From Candidatus Methanoperedens sp. (GTDB taxonomy: Archaea; Halobacteriota; Methanosarcinia; Methanosarcinales; Methanoperedenaceae), in assembly GCA_041494705.1 (NCBI GenBank), contig JBGQBI010000005.1:120001-152000 (forward strand): DNA of 32,000 bases, written 5' to 3'. The translations under genes and the position numbers were made by a program. Shown here in pieces: positions 25,229 through 32,000 of the stretch. Under the pieces are notes generated by a model. That model saw only the letters and a list, made by a program, of their open reading frames with translations, did not search any database and had not been told where the DNA came from. How positions within the stretch are numbered: position 1 is the first letter of the stretch; each line of letters starts with the position of its first letter.

Positions 25229-26509
25229 ATGTTCACAATAAAAAATCATCTTGAAATCAGGAATAATCACCTGGTAATAGGGGGGGCGGACACCACAGAG
25301 CTTGCAAAGCGATATGGTACGCCGCTATATGTTACCAATGAGTCCCGTGTTGTCGATAATTTCTCTACTTACAGGAAAGCATTCCCCGATGCCGATATAT
25401 ACTATGCGGCTAAAGCCAATGGAAGTTTTGCAATCCTGCGGATGCTTGCAAGGGAAGGAGCCGGCGCTGATGTTTTTAGTTACGGTGAGCTTTATATGGC
25501 GCTCCTTGCCGGTATCCCGCGTGAGAAAATCTTATTCAACGGCAATTCAAAAACAGACTTTGAGCTTCAAAAAGCCGTGGATATCGGCGTGAAAGTTTCC
25601 GTGGACTCAAGAGATGAGCTTCATACTCTTTCTGAAATTGCAAAAAGCCGGGGAAAAACTATAGAAATCGCATTTCGTGTAAATCCGGATGTTTCTACAA
25701 AGACGCATCCCAAGATATCAACAGGACTTCGGACTTCCAAATTTGGAATACCTGCTGAAGATGTTGTAAATATTTATGGCGAAGCAAAAGAGCTTCCCGG
25801 AATCTCACCCGCCGGAATACACTGCCATATCGGTTCGCAGATTCTGGATACAACGCCATTTAAGGAAACTGCGCATAAAATGATGGACCTTGTGGAGAAG
25901 GTGACCGCACTCGGCATCAATCTCAAATTCGTGGACATGGGCTCGGGTCTTGGGATTCCATATAAGAAAGATGAGAGCGCCCCGACGCCGCATGACCATG
26001 CAAACGCCATTCTCCCGGTATTCCGGGAAAGAACGGAAGCCCTTGGAATCACACCGAAACTCATAATTGAGCCGGGGCGCTATATCGTGGCTGATACCAC
26101 CATCCTCCTGACCCGCGTTAATACGGTAAAGAAAGCGGCAAAGAATTTTGTGGGTGTGGATGCAGGTTTTAATCTTCTTGTGCGCCCCACGATGTACGAT
26201 TCATACCATTACGCTGTCGTTGCGAACAAGGCAGCCTCGCCTACCGGGGATTTATATACCATAGTCGGTCCGATATGCGAGACCGGGGACATATTCGCAA
26301 AGGACAGGGAGCTCCAGCGCGTGGAAAAAGGCGACCTGATAGCCCTTCTTGATGCCGGAGCATACGGATTCAGCATGAGCAGCCAGTATAACGGAAGACC
26401 AAGATGCGCAGAAATACTGGTGAAGGATGGGGAAGCTGATGTCATACGGAGCGCCGAGGATGTCGGGGATTTGCTGGCGAAGCAGAGACTGCCGGCGAGG
26501 TTGATGTAA
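25229..26509 (+). CDS. lysA: Diaminopimelate decarboxylase
   Basis: YAAKAN (PLP-binding Lys), HCHIGSQ, EPGR and CETGD motifs. Start set at MFTIKNHLEIRNNHLVIGG because, from memory, methanogen LysA N-termini begin MF...EIKDGRFFIDG. The ORF is open back to 25163. Confidence 0.9.
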   Translation: MFTIKNHLEIRNNHLVIGGADTTELAKRYGTPLYVTNESRVVDNFSTYRKAFPDADIYYAAKANGSFAILRMLAREGAGADVFSYGELYMALLAGIPREKILFNGNSKTDFELQKAVDIGVKVSVDSRDELHTLSEIAKSRGKTIEIAFRVNPDVSTKTHPKISTGLRTSKFGIPAEDVVNIYGEAKELPGISPAGIHCHIGSQILDTTPFKETAHKMMDLVEKVTALGINLKFVDMGSGLGIPYKKDESAPTPHDHANAILPVFRERTEALGITPKLIIEPGRYIVADTTILLTRVNTVKKAAKNFVGVDAGFNLLVRPTMYDSYHYAVVANKAASPTGDLYTIVGPICETGDIFAKDRELQRVEKGDLIALLDAGAYGFSMSSQYNGRPRCAEILVKDGEADVIRSAEDVGDLLAKQRLPARLM

Positions 26510-26599
26510 ATCAATCGCACCCCAATATTTTTAATGATGCAATTATATCAAAATGCTATAATCTGGTTTTATCGAATATAATAATACAATAATTAAATA

Positions 26600-27034
26600 T
26601 TATTGAAAAGTTATTGGGGAAAAACCCATTTTTTCATTAAACACCCTTTCCGCAGCAATATCCATCTCCACTATAAATATTTCAACAACCATGAACGCCT
26701 CCGCCTTTTTCCTGAAACAGCCCATAACCATCCCCCTGATGCCGCCCGCTGCGCCATGAAGATGAACCTTTGGAGCGCCGTTCTCCCTGAAAATGTTACC
26801 TGCGCCAACAATCTCGCGCGCATCGTCGAATCCCGACCAGACAGTGGTGGGCGGCACTACTTTTTCTTTTGGACCTGTTACGAGTTCCGCGCCCGCCATT
26901 GCCCCTAGCATAACAAAAAAAGCTGAGTTTATGTTTTCATTCAAAGCTAATTTGCATATCTCTGCAATTACATCTTCGCCGTGGTCAACCCTGACTGCAA
27001 AGAGCCGCCCTATTGAACCTGTCCGATAATCCAT
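26600..27034 (-). CDS. PPC (DUF296) domain protein
   Basis: 144 aa. The pattern GRLFAVRVDHGEDVI...LGAMAGAEL...HLHGAAG is typical of PPC/DUF296 domains. Confidence 0.75.
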   Translation of the reverse strand: MDYRTGSIGRLFAVRVDHGEDVIAEICKLALNENINSAFFVMLGAMAGAELVTGPKEKVVPPTTVWSGFDDAREIVGAGNIFRENGAPKVHLHGAAGGIRGMVMGCFRKKAEAFMVVEIFIVEMDIAAERVFNEKMGFSPITFQ

Positions 27035-27141
27035 GAACAGTATATATCGAACATGATTTTAAAATTTGTGATTGGTTTTAACCATGCATTCAACCGTTAC
27101 CTTTTTGAAATCCTCTGCATATTAACGGTAGGAGATAACAT

Positions 27142-27633
27142 ATGTCAAAAAAATTATGGATATCAGCAGTGCTTATTATAACAGTCTTAATTTCAGGCTG
27201 TATTTTCGATAAGGGAAACAACCAAAATCCGACCTCGGGGGTTATTCCGCAAACCGGTTTACCTGTTGGATTCACGTATATGGGAATCCATGAAACCCCT
27301 GTGGATATCGGCGGAACCTCGATAAATGCAACTGAAGGAGTTTACAGGTATAATAATGTCGATGATGTTTATGTCCAATTAATTAGAAATAACAATCCTC
27401 AGGAGCTAGTTATCCAGTATAAGTCGCAGTACAAAGAGGCGAATTACAATCCATTTGAGGATGTCTCGTTTAACGGGCATAATGCAACACAGGTCAAAGA
27501 TTATAATACCGAAAACGCCACGCAGGTCGCACATTACAGTATAATATGGACAAATGGCAGCTCGATGATTATCGTAGGCCCATCGCCCGATGCCCATGTC
27601 GTGTTATCACTCGCAACTGCAACTGGTCATTAG
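27142..27633 (+). CDS. Putative lipoprotein
   Basis: 163 aa. Signal peptide with a lipobox-like LISGC. Confidence 0.6.
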   Translation: MSKKLWISAVLIITVLISGCIFDKGNNQNPTSGVIPQTGLPVGFTYMGIHETPVDIGGTSINATEGVYRYNNVDDVYVQLIRNNNPQELVIQYKSQYKEANYNPFEDVSFNGHNATQVKDYNTENATQVAHYSIIWTNGSSMIIVGPSPDAHVVLSLATATGH

Positions 27634-28358
27634 AGCAGACCCATCATCTTGTGCGTTTGCGGTATCGCACGCACATCTTTTAATTTTTCCCCTGCAAAAT
27701 CCATAAGCTCAGCCAGTTTCAACGAGGAAACCCTCGTATTTGAAGTTACAGGCTGGAGCACAAAGGGAATATTCCTGTCGATTGATGCAACACCGTCTAT
27801 TGCAAAAGATAATGATTGCCTGGTGGTCTCAGGGAGGATTATAACCTTTACGAAAGTTTTTGAGGTTTCGTTAAATATCGAAATTGTCTCAAGCTCGTTT
27901 TTTAATAATTCATCATAATGGTCTGTAGAATCGTGTTCAGGCAGCTTAATGTCGCATGATGCTATTGCAACCATATCTTTCAGTTCCCGGGCTTTTTCCG
28001 GAAACCCTGCGTTTGTTTCAAGATAAATCGGATATTCGATATCGAGCGTCCTGATAAAATCCGAATGGATGAGAGGTTCTCCCCCTGTCAGGCTTACATG
28101 CCTGGTTGAAGGCGACCATAATTTCCGGATTAATCCGGCGACTTCGTCCCTGCCGAGCGGATTTTTGACTGAATAGAAATCCCCGCTTCCAGGGTTTTTC
28201 TCAATCCTGCATGAGCCGGAGACATTCCGGGTTTGCGGCGTATCGCAGTATCCACAGTGAAGCTGGCATCCCTCAAACCTGACAAATACCTGCCGTACGC
28301 CTACATACGGCCCTTCGCCCTGTATTGAATTGAAAATCTCATTTATGTACGCAGGCAT
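27630..28358 (-). CDS. queE: 7-carboxy-7-deazaguanine synthase (radical SAM, QueE)
   Basis: 242 aa. EIFNSIQGEGPYVG at the N-terminus and the CQLHCGYC radical-SAM cluster motif. Confidence 0.85.
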   Translation of the reverse strand: MPAYINEIFNSIQGEGPYVGVRQVFVRFEGCQLHCGYCDTPQTRNVSGSCRIEKNPGSGDFYSVKNPLGRDEVAGLIRKLWSPSTRHVSLTGGEPLIHSDFIRTLDIEYPIYLETNAGFPEKARELKDMVAIASCDIKLPEHDSTDHYDELLKNELETISIFNETSKTFVKVIILPETTRQSLSFAIDGVASIDRNIPFVLQPVTSNTRVSSLKLAELMDFAGEKLKDVRAIPQTHKMMGLL

Positions 28359-28367
28359 TTAAAATTG

Positions 28368-29459
28368 TTATTTGACAAAATCAATTCCGTATTTTGCAGT
28401 GCGAATATCTCCTGTCGTATTTTTGCCCATTATCTGCGGTGACTTTACGCCAGTGACCACTATCATCGTCCTGACTATATTCTCAAGCTCCGGATCTACA
28501 GCGGCGCCCCATATCAACCTCGCCTTGGAATCGATACGGGTATAAAGTTCATTCACCACACTTTCGGCTTCGGCTATTGTCATATCGGGACCACCCACGA
28601 CATTGACAAGAGCGCCTGTTGCTCCCGAGACATCCACATCAAGAAGCGGGCTTCGAAGTGCCTTCTGGACAGATTCGATTGCTTTGTTCTCTCCTTCCGC
28701 TTCCCCCAGGCCTATCATTGCCACGCCGCTTTTTTGCATAATTACCCTTACATCTGCAAAATCAAGATTCACAAGTCCCGGCTTTGTTATCAATTCAGTA
28801 ATACCTTTGACAGACCGCATTAATATCTCATCGCAGACCTTAAATGCAGTTTGTAATGGAAGATGGGGAACCACTTCAAGCAATTTATCATTGGGCACAA
28901 CGATTACCGTATCAACGATATCGCGAAGCCGCTCAAGCCCGGCTTCTGCATTTTCCAGGCGTACTGACCCTTCAACCGAGAAAGGAAGCGTGACCACGGC
29001 TATTGAGAGGGCGCCTGCATCCCGTGCAATCTCCGCCACTACGGGAGCTGAACCCGTGCCAGTTCCCCCGCCAAGGCCGCATGTGATAAAAGCCATATCG
29101 GCATTTCCTATTGCTTTTTCTATTGCAGCCTTTGACTCCTGGGCTGCATCCATGCCTATCTGGGGAAGACTTCCTGCCCCCAATCCCCGTGTCCTGCTTC
29201 TTCCGATAAGGATTTTCCTTTTTACCTTAACATTCAACAGATGCTGGGCATCCGTATTGAGCGCATACAGGTCTGCGCCCTGTATTCCCTCTTCAGACAT
29301 TCTCTGGATTGTGTTTGAGCCTGAGCCTCCGCATCCTAATACCACGATTTTAGTTTTTAATTCCTGCAGAATTTCCGCAAGTTCCTGGTCTGTATCCCCG
29401 ACAACAGGTAATGGCGATTCTCCTGCTCTTGAAATTGCCTCTTTTATTATTGATTCCAT
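28368..29459 (-). CDS. ftsZ: Cell division GTPase FtsZ
   Basis: 363 aa. Tubulin signature [17 protein letters not shown], and a full FtsZ layout. Confidence 0.95.
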   Translation of the reverse strand: MESIIKEAISRAGESPLPVVGDTDQELAEILQELKTKIVVLGCGGSGSNTIQRMSEEGIQGADLYALNTDAQHLLNVKVKRKILIGRSRTRGLGAGSLPQIGMDAAQESKAAIEKAIGNADMAFITCGLGGGTGTGSAPVVAEIARDAGALSIAVVTLPFSVEGSVRLENAEAGLERLRDIVDTVIVVPNDKLLEVVPHLPLQTAFKVCDEILMRSVKGITELITKPGLVNLDFADVRVIMQKSGVAMIGLGEAEGENKAIESVQKALRSPLLDVDVSGATGALVNVVGGPDMTIAEAESVVNELYTRIDSKARLIWGAAVDPELENIVRTMIVVTGVKSPQIMGKNTTGDIRTAKYGIDFVK

Positions 29460-29471
29460 GCTTTTTCTCCT

Positions 29472-30854
29472 TCACTCGTTTAACTTGCCTAATTTAATGG
29501 CTCTTTTGTTTATTTCATATACCATCTCTGGATTTATAGTTTTTCCATCTATAATCACAGATTCGCCCTGAGCCAGTCTTCCAAAGAGAGGACCTTCGCA
29601 TATTCCATATGATTCTGCAAGTCTGGGGCTGAATTTTTTTTCTGTTATTTGCAAAGTCCCTTTGTCCAGTTTGACATCATAATGTTTCTTAAGTATTTCC
29701 ACGCATTCCTCTGTCAATTCTTCGGCCGCCAATCTTGCGCAGTGGTCATTCAAACCAATCAGGACATGGGCGAACCTGCCGTCTTCATATTCTATATATG
29801 CAATATTATGGCTTGAGAGGAATTCCTTCAACCTGTTCCTGTCAAGTTTTTCGGCTTCAGATAATAGAGCCGGGTTTATCCGCGCAATTTTCACCTTCGG
29901 GCAGATGCAGCTCTGGCATGAAGAAACTTCACATTTTATGCCGCTTGTTATCACCGGCTTGCCCGAAGGACAAATCTCCTTTACTCTCTTCTGGAGCTGC
30001 GCGCAGAACTCCCAGGGTATGCCGTCCATATCTTTTATATCACTTTCTTTCAGCACTTCAAACCCGATACTTTCCACCAATTTACGCAATTTTTCGCGCT
30101 GCTCGCTTTTCATCGATTTCCTGTCAAAATAAGCAAAATCCGCTTTTGATTTCATAAACGCCTGGCGTACCATATCCTCATCCAGTACATCGAGTGCGTG
30201 GGACGGGAATATATGCCCGAATGCGATATCGCAAGACTGGATGAGCGCTGTCTGCCTCGGGGCATAATGCGTTCCCCCGAAACCCACAGCTACCGGCGAG
30301 TCGTCTTCTTTTAGCATCAGGATTGCATTTGCAACCAGCCTGCCTGCAATTTCATCGGTCCACTGGGATTCGCCGCTCCCTATTTCAATGAAGACTGAAG
30401 GCACGTCGATATCCGTTGGGCCGTGGTGAGTGCATTCAAGAGTAACTTCATATTCCTCATTTTCAGCCAGTATTTTAAGGGAACGGAGTAAAGAGCGCAC
30501 AGCCTGCGGCGCTGCAATTGCAAGTTCCTTCGGGCTTCCTCCGAAAACGGCTTCATTAACATTCCCTGTGGAATGGACTGTAAGAATAGCCCGCCCATCT
30601 TTGCTCCTGTGTTTTGATGCAAAGATTATAAGGGATGCCGGAAAACCCCATGCAATTAATTTTTTATCAATCCCATTCTGGTGAATGAGGGATTCGCTTA
30701 TTTCAACAATCCTGAAATCCTTGTACTCAAGGGCTGTACAATCAGAATCGGATATAGCCTGCCATTTCCTGCTATTCAGGAGATTGTTTTTAATATTCTG
30801 GCTTGCCCTGTCCAGAGTTGAGCAAATTATTGTGACTTTTATTTCACCTTTCAA
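29472..30854 (-). CDS. dtdA: Archaeal-type D-aminoacyl-tRNA deacylase (DtdA) with ~190-aa C-terminal extension
   Basis: 460 aa with a TTG start. Residues 1-270 resemble DtdA (ICSTLDRASQNI, ECTHHGP, GFGGTHYAPR). Residues ~271-460 add a Cys cluster and a GPLFGRLAQGESVIIDGKTINPEMV motif. Confidence 0.8.
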   Translation of the reverse strand: MKGEIKVTIICSTLDRASQNIKNNLLNSRKWQAISDSDCTALEYKDFRIVEISESLIHQNGIDKKLIAWGFPASLIIFASKHRSKDGRAILTVHSTGNVNEAVFGGSPKELAIAAPQAVRSLLRSLKILAENEEYEVTLECTHHGPTDIDVPSVFIEIGSGESQWTDEIAGRLVANAILMLKEDDSPVAVGFGGTHYAPRQTALIQSCDIAFGHIFPSHALDVLDEDMVRQAFMKSKADFAYFDRKSMKSEQREKLRKLVESIGFEVLKESDIKDMDGIPWEFCAQLQKRVKEICPSGKPVITSGIKCEVSSCQSCICPKVKIARINPALLSEAEKLDRNRLKEFLSSHNIAYIEYEDGRFAHVLIGLNDHCARLAAEELTEECVEILKKHYDVKLDKGTLQITEKKFSPRLAESYGICEGPLFGRLAQGESVIIDGKTINPEMVYEINKRAIKLGKLNE

Positions 30855-30892
30855 AACATTGCCTTCTGATACCGCCCCTGATTTAAAAAAAT

Positions 30893-31156
30893 TTAATCAA
30901 AATCGCTGCCTGTTATCAGCTTTTTATCAACGATAGCGTAATCCTTTGCAGCCCTTACAGCTTCAAACGGTATCAATACGTAACCATTCTGTGTTTTATA
31001 TTTTGAAGTTTCAACCATTGGTGTTGGTTTGACAACCAAATATATCAAAGCTCCACTCTGGGTATCTATAACCACGTTGCTGGCAAATCCTAATTCTGAC
31101 CCGTCAGTAAGCATTACCCTCTTATTAGCTAAATTTTTTGCAAGTATTTTTGCCAT
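30893..31156 (-). CDS. PRC-barrel domain protein
   Basis: 87 aa. The pattern V...DGSELG....VVID..SG....LVV and LIPFEAV is typical of PRC barrels. Confidence 0.7.
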   Translation of the reverse strand: MAKILAKNLANKRVMLTDGSELGFASNVVIDTQSGALIYLVVKPTPMVETSKYKTQNGYVLIPFEAVRAAKDYAIVDKKLITGSDFD

Positions 31157-31175
31157 AGTAATCTCCTATCTTTTT

Positions 31176-32000
31176 TTATCTATAACCTATATAAGACTTC
31201 TGTTCCTGTTTTGTCCCGCCTTTGAATTGTTCCTGCAGCTTCTCATAATATTCCATCATATCTTCGGCAAGCGCCGGTCTTACTTTCTTCTGTGCATCAA
31301 GGAAATGTTTCATTTCAACCTTCTCGGTATCGAAATTCTCCCTGAGCGCCAACATCACCGCTTCCCTGCACAGTGATTCTATATCAGACCCTACATAATT
31401 TTCTGTAAGGTCAGCCAGTTCTTCTATATTCACGTCATCCGAGATAGGGATATTCTTCATGTGTATCCTGAATATCCCTATCCTTCCGTCCCTTGATGGC
31501 GGTCCTACGAAAACCAGCCTGTCAAACCTTCCTGAACGGATAAGAGCCGGATCGATTATCTCGGGCCTGTTTGTTGCCGCAATCACCACAACGCTCTTTA
31601 AAACTTCAATCCCGTCAAGCTCTGTGAGCAACTGGTTGATTACGCGTTCCGATGTCCTGGAACCGAATTCCGTGCCCCGGATAGGAGCTATTGCATCAAG
31701 TTCATCAAGGAATATTATAGACGGCGCCACCTGGCGCGCCTTCTTGAACACTTCGCGTATCGCTTTTTCCGATTCCCCTACCCATTTGGACAACAACTGC
31801 GGGCCCCGGACGCTTATGAAATTCGCCTCGCTCTCGGTCGCGACTGCTTTTGCAAGGAGTGTTTTCCCGGTTCCCGGAGGGCCGTATAGAAGTATTCCCC
31901 TCGGAGGACGGATGCTCATCTTTTCAAATTTCGATGGATGATTAAGAGGCCATTCAACAGCTTCTTTTATTTCCTGCTTTGCCTCATCAAGCCCGCCCAC
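31176..32000 (-). CDS. cdc48: CDC48/VCP-like AAA+ ATPase, C-terminal (D2) part; N-terminus lies beyond the window
   Basis: 274 aa are visible. Walker A GPPGTGKT, Walker B IIFLDELD, and the C-terminal helical lid. Confidence 0.92.
   Translation of the reverse strand: MGGLDEAKQEIKEAVEWPLNHPSKFEKMSIRPPRGILLYGPPGTGKTLLAKAVATESEANFISVRGPQLLSKWVGESEKAIREVFKKARQVAPSIIFLDELDAIAPIRGTEFGSRTSERVINQLLTELDGIEVLKSVVVIAATNRPEIIDPALIRSGRFDRLVFVGPPSRDGRIGIFRIHMKNIPISDDVNIEELADLTENYVGSDIESLCREAVMLALRENFDTEKVEMKHFLDAQKKVRPALAEDMMEYYEKLQEQFKGGTKQEQKSYIGYR

Noticed and set aside
28603-29571. 322-aa + strand ORF, together with similar long antisense ORFs at 588-1190, 12548-13189, 14060-14527, 15213-15707, 17428-18006 and 7364-7783
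   Set aside because: All lie antisense to, or out of frame within, genes with strong family signatures (ftsZ, mutS, lonB, S2P, dehydrogenase, polB). Their translations are low-complexity Ser/Pro/Arg-rich shadows with no motifs.
1-32000. Scan for CRISPR arrays, tRNA/rRNA genes, transposases and integrases
   Set aside because: No regularly spaced repeats of 24 bp or longer were seen. No cloverleaf-compatible or rRNA-like segments appear in the short intergenic regions. No ORF shows DDE, tyrosine or serine recombinase motifs.

Overview
Densely coding archaeal chromosomal segment of about 40 genes. Gene content points to a euryarchaeon, possibly Methanosarcinales/ANME-like: PolD small subunit, membrane LonB, fibrillarin, archaeal DtdA, CxxxY-type CcmE, FtsZ, Cdc48 and a bacterial-type MutS. 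That taxonomic call is inference only. Housekeeping genes: mutS, an APC permease, ccmE, a TauE/SafE permease, an HhH-DEDD exonuclease with the PolD small subunit, a PAC2 chaperone, tldD, lonB, an M50 site-2 protease with CBS domains, TraB, an IPMDH-family dehydrogenase, fibrillarin, lysA, a PPC/DUF296 protein, queE, ftsZ, dtdA, a PRC-barrel protein and cdc48 (truncated at the window edge). I recognised no rRNA, tRNA, CRISPR array, transposase or integrase. The ORF track uses alternative start codons, so several starts were re-set (PAC2, lysA, DUF2111-like and others). Three patches look accessory. (1) 10065-11280 is a ~1.1 kb cassette carrying a MazF toxin-antitoxin pair, bounded by 87-bp direct repeats that duplicate the 3' end of tldD. 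(2) 19034-21396 holds a split RLAN / RimK ATP-grasp pair with a GNAT and a small conserved archaeal protein. (3) 21919-25228 is a visibly AT-richer block of uncharacterised genes: an RHH-fusion regulator, a small TM protein, a translationally coupled operon of two TM proteins and a triple zinc-ribbon protein, and a standalone Cys-rich two-CW protein. All four promoters in this block carry the same tandem TCACA element at a fixed distance from the TATA box. This block is my best candidate for an undescribed, self-regulated system. The 397-nt intergenic region upstream of mutS is also unusually structured, with nested inverted repeats, a hairpin plus T-run, and a palindromic 10-bp-periodic repeat array.
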